DNA of 64,000 bases from an uncultured virus (IMG/VR IMGVR_UViG_3300027906_000011) (Duplodnaviria > Heunggongvirae > Uroviricota > Caudoviricetes): IMG/VR virus record IMGVR_UViG_3300027906_000011, one strand, 5' to 3'. The translations under genes and the position numbers were made by a program. This document shows, piece after piece, positions 47,431-56,482 of this stretch (the stretch's first letter is position 1; every line of letters begins with the position of its first letter). The notes beneath the pieces are model-generated. The model was not told where the DNA came from, made no database searches, and worked only from the letters and a program-made list of their open reading frames with translations.

Positions 47431-49317
47431 TTATTTATTGAGTTTACGAACCACTTTACTTCCACTCTCATCTGTAAACATTGGTGCGTATATCTTAACA
47501 GGTATTGATTTACCCTTTACATTTATTTCATCCATATACTGCCATTCACAATCAACTTGTTTCTTTGTGAACTCTGACATTAGAATGGGTGTATCGTATT
47601 GTCTTGTTTGAACTTCTAACCTTGCGGCCAGGTTAACTGCATCACCCACTACTGAGTAATCGAATCTCAATTCAGAACCCATGTTGCCGACTATACAAGG
47701 ACCTGTGTTAATTCCTGTGCCGATGACTACTGGTGGTAAATCTAAACCCTCATCTTTAATTTCTTGATTCATTCTCTCTGTGAGTAGTTCTATTTCCATT
47801 GCAGTCTTTAAAGCCATCTGTGCATGATTAGGACAATCTAACGGAGCATTCCAAAATGCCATTAAACAGTCGCCCATATACTTATCTACTGTTCCACCAT
47901 TCTCTATTACCACCTTTGTCATACCATCTAAGAATCTATTGATAAGTAATACTAATCCTTCCGGATCATCATTCTTCATATAGGCTTCTGATATGGGAGT
48001 GAATCCAACTATGTCTGCGAATAAGAAGGATAATTCTTTTCTATCCCCTCCAAGTCTAAGTTTACTTGGGTCTTTTTGTAGTTCTTCAATCATGTCAGGA
48101 GATAAATATTTCTGGAACTGCTTCTTAATTTGTTCTTTGAGTTGATAGGTCGTATAGTATTGGTTGAAAGAGGCATGGCCGAAAACAACTATGGAGGAAA
48201 TCGATGACCAGAAAATATCGAATAGAACGAGAGATGAAGACCATAAGTAGAAACCCCCACCCACCTGAACTAACACGATACTGGAACAAGTTATCGCCGA
48301 GACGGCTGTGGGAAGTTTGTAAACCGATACCAATATTAATAGAAGGACTATCAAAAGAACAACGACTTCAAGAAATTCAAGAAAGTCGGATTGTTGTATT
48401 TGAACTCCTGTCGAGACGGTTTGGATTAGGTTCGCTTGAACTTCGTGGGGATACATTACACCCGCTGGGGTTGAAATTGGATTAGCTAACCCTTCAGCAG
48501 TAAGACCATAGACTAGAATCTTTCCTTCTATATCTGATTCTTTTAAATCTGAAAATGATATAGATTCAAATTGATTCCAGTATGAAATCATTAAGTCACC
48601 ACTTGATGTGGTTTCGATTGGCGAGTCTCTCCCCATTTTTACCCATACTATACCCTCTTCTTTCGTGACTCTAGTTTGATAGTTAGGTTGGTCATACAGA
48701 GCTCTAAGTGTTTCAAACCCTAAACTAGGATAGAGCTGACCATTGGCCTGGATGACCAGCGGAGCTGACCTGATGGTACCATCGAAGTTAGGGGTTTTCG
48801 CCACACTAGGTGTGGCAACTGTGACTCCCATACCCCATGTCTTACTTTGTAATCCGGGAAGGGGACTCACCAAACCTGGAAAGTTCCATACATGGTCTTG
48901 TATATCACCATCTCCAAATACAGATGTGTTTACAAATGGTGCGTTGCCTGATTCTTTTTGAACTGTTGGTGCAGATGATAATATGGTTAATCTATTCTCT
49001 AATGCGTTTGCAAAGACTTCGTCTCCACCAAATCTATCTTCTTCTGAGAATAGTATATTGAATACATGAGTGTTTGAATGATGAGTTTCCCATAGAGTAT
49101 CGGCATATATCTCTCTAGGGAATGGGTATTGACCTAGGGCGTCTATCGACTTTTCATCTATATTTACTAGAAGAATGTCTTCTACTTGAACTTTTTCTTT
49201 TGATGAATGTAGAACATCGAAGTAAGACCATCTAACATTATCTATTAGATAAGGCGACCATATCTTAACACCGACTAGTGCAACTATGGTTATTAATACA
49301 GTCTTCCAATTATACAT
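47431..49317 (-). CDS. CHASE2-domain class III adenylate cyclase
   Basis: N-terminal TM, IDEKSI..LGQYPFPR (CHASE2), three TMs, FADIVGFT, DKYMGD, GINTG, YSVVGDAVNLAARLE. Confidence 0.93.
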   Translation of the reverse strand: MYNWKTVLITIVALVGVKIWSPYLIDNVRWSYFDVLHSSKEKVQVEDILLVNIDEKSIDALGQYPFPREIYADTLWETHHSNTHVFNILFSEEDRFGGDEVFANALENRLTILSSAPTVQKESGNAPFVNTSVFGDGDIQDHVWNFPGLVSPLPGLQSKTWGMGVTVATPSVAKTPNFDGTIRSAPLVIQANGQLYPSLGFETLRALYDQPNYQTRVTKEEGIVWVKMGRDSPIETTSSGDLMISYWNQFESISFSDLKESDIEGKILVYGLTAEGLANPISTPAGVMYPHEVQANLIQTVSTGVQIQQSDFLEFLEVVVLLIVLLLILVSVYKLPTAVSAITCSSIVLVQVGGGFYLWSSSLVLFDIFWSSISSIVVFGHASFNQYYTTYQLKEQIKKQFQKYLSPDMIEELQKDPSKLRLGGDRKELSFLFADIVGFTPISEAYMKNDDPEGLVLLINRFLDGMTKVVIENGGTVDKYMGDCLMAFWNAPLDCPNHAQMALKTAMEIELLTERMNQEIKDEGLDLPPVVIGTGINTGPCIVGNMGSELRFDYSVVGDAVNLAARLEVQTRQYDTPILMSEFTKKQVDCEWQYMDEINVKGKSIPVKIYAPMFTDESGSKVVRKLNK

Positions 49318-49455
49318 TTACATCCAATTGAGATAAACATAAACAGCGGCACCAATAAGTGCAATCATAAGAACCCAATTAAGAATTCTCTTCTGTAATT
49401 CTTTTCTCTTCTTGATTCTCCATTCGCCTTTGAGTCTGACTATTCTTTCATTCAT
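49318..49455 (-). CDS. Small membrane protein (absent from the ORF track)
   Basis: 45 aa MNERIVRLKG...LNWVLMIALIGAAVYVYLNWM; its stop abuts the cyclase ATG. Confidence 0.5.
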   Translation of the reverse strand: MNERIVRLKGEWRIKKRKELQKRILNWVLMIALIGAAVYVYLNWM

Positions 49456-49678
49456 AATTTATATCTTCTTCATTTTTGTGTATGAAATCTTTCATATCTA
49501 CCATCCATTGTCTGAGTCTTACAGATTGTTGCATATGAAAATCTCTGTTGTCACTGTCCTCTAATGCCATTCTATTGTGGTAGTCTATTGTCCTTAGAAT
49601 TATTCGTATCGCCTCTTGATATGGCATACGAACTAAAGTTGAAAACTTCTTCTTCGATGTGAATTCTTTCTTTGGCAT
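49448..49678 (-). CDS. Hypothetical protein
   Basis: AAGGAG RBS; helical. Confidence 0.45.
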   Translation of the reverse strand: MPKKEFTSKKKFSTLVRMPYQEAIRIILRTIDYHNRMALEDSDNRDFHMQQSVRLRQWMVDMKDFIHKNEEDINYE

Positions 49679-49693
49679 TCAAAACTTACTCCT

Positions 49694-49963
49694 TTATGAG
49701 AACTTCTTTTGAATGTATTTAAAAAGTGCGTAGATTGTTAGACCATAAAATGCGAGAACTCCCATAGGGATTGATATGTATGCAAGTTCCCATGGAGATA
49801 AGAATAAAAGTTCCCATGCAAAGTCTGTGGCGGCCTGAACATCACCTGATGAGTCTGGCATACTACCAACTTCGTTTACGATATCAAGTTCATATTCAAC
49901 TAAGAAATCTGACCACTCTTGTTCAGTGAAACAGATATTATTTTCAGGACATTCTACTTCCAT
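49694..49963 (-). CDS. Small membrane protein
   Basis: LFLSPWEL followed by a C-terminal TM. Confidence 0.5.
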   Translation of the reverse strand: MEVECPENNICFTEQEWSDFLVEYELDIVNEVGSMPDSSGDVQAATDFAWELLFLSPWELAYISIPMGVLAFYGLTIYALFKYIQKKFS

Positions 49964-50023
49964 GATACTACCTTAGTGAGACACCATTCAAGAAATCTTA
50001 TTACTTTCGCCTTGAGTGTCATG

Positions 50024-50863
50024 TTAGTTTTGTGTCACTGTGACTGTGCAACCACCAGATGTCTGGCAGTTCTGTGTTAGTGAATAATTTTGTGTTGTAT
50101 TACTGTGTTGTGTTAGGTCAAGAGTAGTTCCATAATTACCATTCAAGGTTATAGTTGCATTGTGTTCGCCTGAACCATCTTGAAGAAAGTCTACTGTATT
50201 GTCATCATTGTTAATAGTTAGATAGAATTCTTTTACGCCGTCTGCTTGTTGTTGACCAAATACATCATTGTTATCACCATACAAATAAATTCTTGCTTGA
50301 TGTCCTGAACATGTTCCTGCTGAACAGTTTCTTTGATGTCCTATTATTGAATTATTACTACCATGTATGTCTGCGGTAATATAATGTCCACCACCTTCTG
50401 TATTATCCTTTGACCAGTTAGTGTCGGTTCTACTATCTATTATGAATCCTTGAGCCCAATGGAACTTATTGTTTGTTCCATATGATATATGAAATTGAAT
50501 ATCATTCTTATTACAAGAAGAATTTTTGGTGCAGTTCTGCCAGAGTTTAATATTTTGGTCATCGTAATCTATATCACCACCCCAAGATGCACCAGAACCC
50601 CAACCTGGAGAATCATTTGTCCAACCAAGTTCGTTATAATTACCAACTTGTTTTAGGTCAATGGTTAAATCATCACCATCTCCAATAGAGAAGAAGATAT
50701 CATTATTGAATCCTTCTTGAGTGATTGTAAGTTCTAAATCATCTCCCTTTCCAACTTGGATAATATTGATAGTATTATCATCACCAGCATAAACATTGGA
50801 TGCATGTGCATACAATACACCCAATATGAATATGCTACTTAATGTTTTCTTTAAAATATCCAC
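50024..50863 (-). CDS. Secreted curlin-like beta-solenoid protein B
   Basis: Signal peptide ending VYA; repeats ITQEGFNN, LKQVGNYN, IHGSNN, LYGDNN, LQDGSGEHN; paired Cys; GTG start is uncertain. Confidence 0.65.
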   Translation of the reverse strand: MDILKKTLSSIFILGVLYAHASNVYAGDDNTINIIQVGKGDDLELTITQEGFNNDIFFSIGDGDDLTIDLKQVGNYNELGWTNDSPGWGSGASWGGDIDYDDQNIKLWQNCTKNSSCNKNDIQFHISYGTNNKFHWAQGFIIDSRTDTNWSKDNTEGGGHYITADIHGSNNSIIGHQRNCSAGTCSGHQARIYLYGDNNDVFGQQQADGVKEFYLTINNDDNTVDFLQDGSGEHNATITLNGNYGTTLDLTQHSNTTQNYSLTQNCQTSGGCTVTVTQN

Positions 50864-51006
50864 CACAATAATAATCCTAATATGAGGCCTTCGGCCCATG
50901 CCACCCATAACATTTGATACTCATCTAAGTTGAACCAGTCAGCAACTTCCCAAACTGCGTTTTCGTGCCACTGCCTTAATCTTTCAAAATCAATATTGAT
51001 GTTCAT
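50851..51006 (-). CDS. Small Trp-rich membrane protein
   Basis: LDEYQMLWVAWAEGLILGLLLWWIF; AGGAG RBS. Confidence 0.5.
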   Translation of the reverse strand: MNINIDFERLRQWHENAVWEVADWFNLDEYQMLWVAWAEGLILGLLLWWIF

Positions 51007-51013
51007 ATCTCTC

Positions 51014-52177
51014 CTAGTTTTGTCTAATAACAATTTCAATTCCGTCTCCATCACCGAATGTTATGATACCTTCATAACCATCTACAGTGGTGTCTATAAA
51101 TCCAGAACCTCCTGCTGCTATTATTATATTTATAGTTCCATTTACATTTCTGTAAAGGACTAAGTCTCCGTCTTGTTCGAAGATGTTATACTGCGAGTCT
51201 TTATTGAATCCCGCTACTGCGCCTTTAATGGTGAAACTTCCGATATCACCAGCGCCGGTACCTGCCTGTTTATCTGCTAACACCACTTTAGTTTTAACTA
51301 GTGCTTCTACGACATCTAGTAAATCGGTTAAGAAGTCTACATCTAGATAATCAATATCCAATTCTGTAAAATCTCCTTCCATGGTGTCACTCAATGCATC
51401 TGATTCTAGTTCATTGAATTCTAAGAAGTCAACATCTAGTATGCCTTGGTCTGAGTTCTGTTCATCTGCATATGATTCTTCCATCGCCTGTCGTATTGCA
51501 GGTGGTGGATTCACAATGAACATATTGTCAATCAAGTTAGGTGATATGCCCAGCACTGTCACTGGACTTGTTGGTGGTGAATCATAAGAGGCGACTGTAG
51601 TTGCCTGATATGCCTCGTTTAAAACTGTCTCGCCACCATCATTATAAACTAAAATTTCTCCTGATGATTCGCCTGTTTCTTCATCAGGTAAAAGAATGAC
51701 CATTGTCCTACCCAACTCATCTATGGTTGTGGTGAAATCGGTCCCTCTCATTGTGATGTTCGCCGTAGGTGTGGCTACATCAACATTTGCTTTCTTAATT
51801 CTGTTACCAGCACCCGAGGCAAATCTAGATGTTCCTCTTACCATTCTGATAGACATCTTTGATAAACTTGGGTCTGGATCGTAATACGCCTCGTCAATGT
51901 AGACAAGACTATTTTCTGTTAATGAGAGTTTCTCTTCGTCAAGAAACTCTATTAACATTCTGCCGTTGGCAGTTTCTGCTTCATCATATAAAACTATGTC
52001 TGTTCCGACATCAGTATCTAATCGTTCATCGCCTCTCTTTACAGATGTGACACCTTTATTTTCTACAATACCACCAATGGGTTCACTTAGAGCGAACCCA
52101 CTGAATGATAATAGAAAGACTAGACTAACTGTCGTTAGCAGCGTCTTTCTGGTTAATTTGAATAATTGAGTTATCAC
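51014..52177 (-). CDS. FecR-domain periplasmic protein
   Basis: Signal peptide ending ALS, GRMLIEFLD...LTENS, VATPTANITMRGTDF, GEILV; acidic tail. Confidence 0.85.
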   Translation of the reverse strand: MITQLFKLTRKTLLTTVSLVFLLSFSGFALSEPIGGIVENKGVTSVKRGDERLDTDVGTDIVLYDEAETANGRMLIEFLDEEKLSLTENSLVYIDEAYYDPDPSLSKMSIRMVRGTSRFASGAGNRIKKANVDVATPTANITMRGTDFTTTIDELGRTMVILLPDEETGESSGEILVYNDGGETVLNEAYQATTVASYDSPPTSPVTVLGISPNLIDNMFIVNPPPAIRQAMEESYADEQNSDQGILDVDFLEFNELESDALSDTMEGDFTELDIDYLDVDFLTDLLDVVEALVKTKVVLADKQAGTGAGDIGSFTIKGAVAGFNKDSQYNIFEQDGDLVLYRNVNGTINIIIAAGGSGFIDTTVDGYEGIITFGDGDGIEIVIRQN

Positions 52178-52871
52178 TGTCTATAACCAATGTAATATGT
52201 GAATTTGGTGTTGCACATCCATTGCCTGCACCTGATACACATGAACCGGATAGTTGATTGATATCTACATCAGCGCCATCGCCAGTTAAATCAAAATTCA
52301 ATGTCTGTGAACCGTCTTTCTGCAAAGTGTTAATGTTGTTTGAATCACCAGTTATGTCAAAGTTCCATGTGACATCATCTGATTCCCAATCTACATCGAA
52401 TACATTACTTCCGCCGATTATCACTAAGTCTGCATTTAATCTTTCCGCACTTGCAACAGAACCTTGGTCTAAGTCAAAGACATTAGAATCTCCAGTCATG
52501 TTAAAATTAATGTCTGAGTCATCAGATGATCCACTGGCGCCTATAGTCCAGTTTATTGAGTTCTCGTCTCCAGTCATTAATAAAGTGTAGTCTGATGTAT
52601 CTGCGACAACTGTTCCGAATAACAAGTTCTGGTTACCTATCATGTCGATGTTGAAATCCAAAGTGACACCAGTAATAGTCATGTTCGAACCTGAACCACT
52701 TGAAAAGTTGTTCAGTCCCATTTTATTACCAAAACCAACTTGGTCAACATATAACTTCAAAGTGTCTCCAGTTTGTGTTATCATAACTTCGTTATCATCA
52801 GTAGCAGCGGCGAAAACGAATGATGTCGACATTCCACAAAGTAATAATATACTTAATAAAAATTTATTCAT
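52125..52871 (-). CDS. Secreted curlin-like beta-solenoid protein A
   Basis: Signal peptide ending VFA; ~23-27 aa repeats ITQTG, VDQVGFGN, MTGDEN, MTGDSN, ITGDSN, LTGDG. Confidence 0.7.
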   Translation of the reverse strand: MNKFLLSILLLCGMSTSFVFAAATDDNEVMITQTGDTLKLYVDQVGFGNKMGLNNFSSGSGSNMTITGVTLDFNIDMIGNQNLLFGTVVADTSDYTLLMTGDENSINWTIGASGSSDDSDINFNMTGDSNVFDLDQGSVASAERLNADLVIIGGSNVFDVDWESDDVTWNFDITGDSNNINTLQKDGSQTLNFDLTGDGADVDINQLSGSCVSGAGNGCATPNSHITLVIDSDNSIIQINQKDAANDS

Positions 52872-53859
52872 TTTCTTTTTCCTTTTCTTCTATTGGTTTT
52901 AGTTCATCTCCACCGATAACTTCATTGGCATTTTCATACCATTCATCTAATCGTTCTTCTTCGTCATCTTCGTCTTGATGTTCTTTTGCCAATACCCAAA
53001 AACCTCTATCGTGTCCTTGGTATATTAATTCCAACACAGCAGCTTCAATAGCTGACCGTGTTGCGTATGTCACGCTCTCATTATTACCCACGCCGTCCTC
53101 AAACTCGACTAGTTGTGTTCCTTCTTCAATGAATCGGAATACATCTCCCCCAGCACCATAAGAAAGAATAGTCTTTCTTGTTTGGACATTCAATAATACT
53201 TCTCCTGTGAGAACACTAACAGCCCTCATAGAAATTGTCACAGCATCTTGACGATACTGTTTACTAAATCCAATCCCGAGAGTTCTTGCGCCTCGACCTC
53301 CGGTTAGTAGATTAGAATCATAACCAATTACACCACCCTCTATTATAATACCTGCGAAGAGCAGAGGTTGGATGCCTTGTGCTTCTGTTTCTGTAGCAGC
53401 AGCAAAATCTTGTCTGGCAGAACGAATAATCTGCCTCTCTCTAACTAAGTTGTCTATACCACCTCTCTCGACAACTCTAAACCATTTCCCGCCACCGGCG
53501 GTTTTAAGTGCATCAATTACCATTGCCTCAGCACCTTGTGAGACTGCGGTAGAGAATGATGCAATATTATCTTCTGACTTTCTTTGACCTGTTTTATCTA
53601 AGAACTTATAGACTGCAACCACTGGCATAGTTTCAGCAGGTGGTAAGTTTAATAATTCTAGGTGGGCAGGAAGTCTTATTACTTCTGGCATGTCAACACA
53701 AATATACTTCCTAGACATAATTTTATTAATGCCTGTGAGTATATCTTTGTTGAATCCTTCTGAGTATGTGCAATCTTGTGGTTCATAGGAGAACTTCGGT
53801 ATTGATGCACAACCCGATAAAAGAAGTAGACTTAGTATGAAATACTTAGCCAGACCCAT
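52864..53859 (-). CDS. csgG: Curli secretion channel CsgG (lipoprotein)
   Basis: LLSG-C lipobox, VAVY.F.DKTGQRK, FSTAVSQG, WFRVVER..NLVRERQIIR, EGGVIGYDSN..TGG.GAR. Confidence 0.93.
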   Translation of the reverse strand: MGLAKYFILSLLLLSGCASIPKFSYEPQDCTYSEGFNKDILTGINKIMSRKYICVDMPEVIRLPAHLELLNLPPAETMPVVAVYKFLDKTGQRKSEDNIASFSTAVSQGAEAMVIDALKTAGGGKWFRVVERGGIDNLVRERQIIRSARQDFAAATETEAQGIQPLLFAGIIIEGGVIGYDSNLLTGGRGARTLGIGFSKQYRQDAVTISMRAVSVLTGEVLLNVQTRKTILSYGAGGDVFRFIEEGTQLVEFEDGVGNNESVTYATRSAIEAAVLELIYQGHDRGFWVLAKEHQDEDDEEERLDEWYENANEVIGGDELKPIEEKEKENE

Positions 53860-54361
53860 CGCCTTCACCTGTTCCATCAGAATCTTGTCCAAAGTTTCCT
53901 GATCCTATTGGTATTTCTAAGATAGTTTCTGTTCCATCTTCTCCAATAATAGTCATTCGAATAAATTCAGAACCATCAGCGTTGGTGATTACTTCATATG
54001 TCACTGTTGAACCCTCTAATACAAATGAACCAAAACGAACACCAGTATCATTTGAAAACATAGATTCGACTAATTGTTTAGCCATTTGTGCATATATTCT
54101 TGACTCTAAATTACGAATGAATTTAGCAAGGGTTGTATTATCTTCAGCTCTTTCAGCTGACTTTCTAGCAGACTCTAATGCATCTTCAATTTCTTTCTTA
54201 CGAGTGAACTCTTGGTTCTCAACGGTAAGATAATGAGATGCAGTTCCTTTTCCACTAAACGATGGATTCTTGAACTCATGTTTGATTGGTGATGCACTCA
54301 AAGGTGCTACTAGTATTAATGTTAATAAGACTAAATTAGTTGTCTTTAGTATCATCTTCAT
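53846..54361 (-). CDS. csgF: Curli assembly component CsgF
   Basis: Signal peptide, F.NPSFSG, F..NLESRIYAQ, terminal T.LEIP; directly upstream of csgG. Confidence 0.85.
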   Translation of the reverse strand: MKMILKTTNLVLLTLILVAPLSASPIKHEFKNPSFSGKGTASHYLTVENQEFTRKKEIEDALESARKSAERAEDNTTLAKFIRNLESRIYAQMAKQLVESMFSNDTGVRFGSFVLEGSTVTYEVITNADGSEFIRMTIIGEDGTETILEIPIGSGNFGQDSDGTGEGDGSG

Positions 54362-54677
54362 TTGGTTTCTCCCTAAGTGCAAGAGCCTGTTTATACTCTA
54401 ACACTGTATTTAATTTTTCTTGCAATCTTATCTGGTCTTGGTCTAACATTCTCATTTGGTCGATAAGTCTTACAAGGACCGTTTGTTGTTTACCCAACTG
54501 CGGTTCTAATTCTTCCGTCACAAATTTCCAGACAAAGTAGATAAAATATCCCATTGCAAGAGCAATTATAATTGGGAATCCAAACTCATTGAGCATGTCT
54601 GCAACAGGAGAAAGATAATCAAGTTCTAAATCTGTTATATCTTCTATTTCGCTTGCGCTGTTAATCTCTTCTTGCAT
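54336..54677 (-). CDS. Small membrane protein (BhlA/YvrJ-like TM plus coiled coil)
   Basis: NEFGFPIIIA.AMGYFIYFVW...LIDQMRMLD.D.IRL. Confidence 0.55.
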   Translation of the reverse strand: MQEEINSASEIEDITDLELDYLSPVADMLNEFGFPIIIALAMGYFIYFVWKFVTEELEPQLGKQQTVLVRLIDQMRMLDQDQIRLQEKLNTVLEYKQALALREKPNEDDTKDN

Positions 54678-54954
54678 CTATGTTTCCATCCTCTACAAAA
54701 TTTTCAGACCGTGCTACTCTGTCCAAATCTGGTCTTAACTCCAGAGTTTGTGAAATGAGTAAGTCGATTTTTAATATGTCATTATTCATAACTCTTGCCC
54801 TATCTTCTAGCATGGTAATAATACCTGTTAGACCTTTAACATTGTCAAGCACACCCTCAAGGATATACTTCAAGGTTAAGAATATGAAGAACGCCATAAC
54901 AAGAGAACCAAAGATTGGCGCTCCGACTTCAGCTAAAAATTCTATCCAGTTCAT
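54661..54954 (-). CDS. Small membrane protein, paralog of the next gene
   Basis: AEVGAPIFG...FFIF...LEDRARVMNNDILKID. Confidence 0.55.
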   Translation of the reverse strand: MNWIEFLAEVGAPIFGSLVMAFFIFLTLKYILEGVLDNVKGLTGIITMLEDRARVMNNDILKIDLLISQTLELRPDLDRVARSENFVEDGNIDARRD

Positions 54955-54968
54955 AATATTTACACCCT

Positions 54969-54976
54969 TATTTATG
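54969..54976 (-). promoter_or_regulatory. Late promoter CATAAATA heading the csg operon
   Basis: Variant consensus seen at several late genes in this window. Confidence 0.65.
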
Positions 54977-55011
54977 TAAATCGGCCATTCAGTTTTATAA
55001 ATTTAGGCCAT

Positions 55012-55036
55012 AAAAAAAGGGACCCGAAGGTCCCCT
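55012..55036 (-). terminator. Intrinsic terminator with a CUUCGG loop
   Basis: GGGACC-TTCG-GGTCCC-TTTTTTT. Confidence 0.88.
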
Positions 55037-55058
55037 CTTTAAAATCCGTAAGGATTAA

Positions 55059-55391
55059 TTATAATTCATCAGCATCGTTGCCATCAGAATCATCGTTTTT
55101 CAATTGAGAGTGTATCTCATTAATCACTTGCGCTTTTGTTCCACTCTTCTTAATTTTAAGAGAGTTTTTATCAGCGAGGTCAAGAAGTTGAACTTTGGTT
55201 AATGTTTTCAGTTCAGCTTTGGAAGTAATTCCATTATCGTTCTTGTCAGCGACTACTGGTGCCGGTGCCGGTGTTGGCTTCGGTCTAGGTGCTGGTGTTG
55301 AACTAGTTTTACCACTTGATCCTTTGTCATCTGCAAAGAAAGCGAAGTAAATAATAACTCCTAACACTACAATTGCAATTGCGTATTCCAT
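55059..55391 (-). CDS. Membrane-anchored protein with a Pro/Thr linker and Rho-N/HeH-like domain
   Basis: N-terminal TM, PAPRPKPTPAPAP, LKTLTKVQLLDLA...GTKAQVI. Confidence 0.6.
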   Translation of the reverse strand: MEYAIAIVVLGVIIYFAFFADDKGSSGKTSSTPAPRPKPTPAPAPVVADKNDNGITSKAELKTLTKVQLLDLADKNSLKIKKSGTKAQVINEIHSQLKNDDSDGNDADEL

Positions 55392-55464
55392 AATATACTC
55401 CTATTTCAATTATGAAACTCCATGGTATCAGAGCTTGATGTAATTGACAAGGGGGTTTTTAGAT

Positions 55465-55641
55465 TTATTTGTCCTTTGCTTTACCAACATTCAATGCGAA
55501 CCAATCAAGGATGCCATAAGCCTTCTTAACTAGACCATCGTCTATTGGAGTTGGAGTAAGAGCTGCAATTAAAGATGCACCTGCTACTAACCAAGGGATC
55601 AATTGTAGCCAACCGACTACCCATGTAAGAAATTCTAACAT
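55465..55641 (-). CDS. Putative holin-like small membrane protein (absent from the ORF track)
   Basis: 58 aa MLEFLTWVVG...AALTPTPIDD...ALNVGKAKDK; GGAG RBS; CATAAATA upstream. Confidence 0.6.
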   Translation of the reverse strand: MLEFLTWVVGWLQLIPWLVAGASLIAALTPTPIDDGLVKKAYGILDWFALNVGKAKDK

Positions 55642-55688
55642 ATTTATCTCCGTTATTATTATAGTTAATTATTATTAACGGCTGGTAT

Positions 55689-56096
55689 TTATGAAATAGG
55701 GTTCCCAATTGAGTATTTTTGGGTGAGTTTCCACTCGCTTTTCTCTTTATAAGGTATAACTTTTATCTGAGAAAGTGGTGCTCTTGGTTCTGCGATTGCA
55801 GTAGGAATAACTACTGATACTAGATTCCATTGTCTTAGTAGGTCAACAATAGTGTTTCTTCTACCTACATCCGACTCATCGAAGTTGGTTGGTTTACCAT
55901 CTAGTTTGAATAGTTCTTTGAAGTGGACAATGTAATACTTGCCCTTTTTGTGTAGTATGTGACATGATTGAAACAGTTCTTTTTCTTTCCTGGATGCCAC
56001 ACCTATACGAGATAAGGTTTCTCTTATCTTTAGGAAGTCGTCCTTTTCAGGAAATGTGATTTCTATTAGTTCTTTTACTAAATCGTATTCATCCAT
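55689..56096 (-). CDS. regA: Translational repressor RegA
   Basis: DFLKIRETLSRIGVAS, QSCHILHK.GKYYIVHFKELF, WKL..KY.IG. Confidence 0.96.
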   Translation of the reverse strand: MDEYDLVKELIEITFPEKDDFLKIRETLSRIGVASRKEKELFQSCHILHKKGKYYIVHFKELFKLDGKPTNFDESDVGRRNTIVDLLRQWNLVSVVIPTAIAEPRAPLSQIKVIPYKEKSEWKLTQKYSIGNPIS

Positions 56097-56481
56097 TATT
56101 CTTGCCACCAATATTCATATTGTTTTTCAATTCACGATACTGTTTATCATTTAACAACTCTAGATATTCTTTGGCTTTTTGTGTCGATACACCAAAGGCA
56201 TTCTTCACTGTATCTAATTTCTTACTCTCGTAAGGTTTATGCCATTTCGAAAATCTCTTTCGTTTTCTAAGAGTATTTATGAAAAACAAGTATTGAAGAC
56301 GACCATCAGCACCATGTCTGATGTTCATCTCGTTTACTAGAAAAACAGAATCTTGATGATAAGATAATGCTTTATTGATTAAGAATGGTTGATAGGCTTT
56401 CTCTTCGATATCATCAACCATGATATCTTTTTTGTCGTAAGAGACCGACTTAACAAAATCGAATGGATTTCTTTTACCCAT
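56089..56481 (-). CDS. gp62: Clamp loader small subunit
   Basis: YQPFLINKALS, NEMN, RKRKRFSKW. Confidence 0.92.
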   Translation of the reverse strand: MGKRNPFDFVKSVSYDKKDIMVDDIEEKAYQPFLINKALSYHQDSVFLVNEMNIRHGADGRLQYLFFINTLRKRKRFSKWHKPYESKKLDTVKNAFGVSTQKAKEYLELLNDKQYRELKNNMNIGGKNNG

Positions 56482-56482
56482 T

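Noticed and set aside
55526..55708. 60-aa ORF from the track
   Set aside because: The overlapping frame 55465-55641 has an RBS and a recognisable membrane-protein motif
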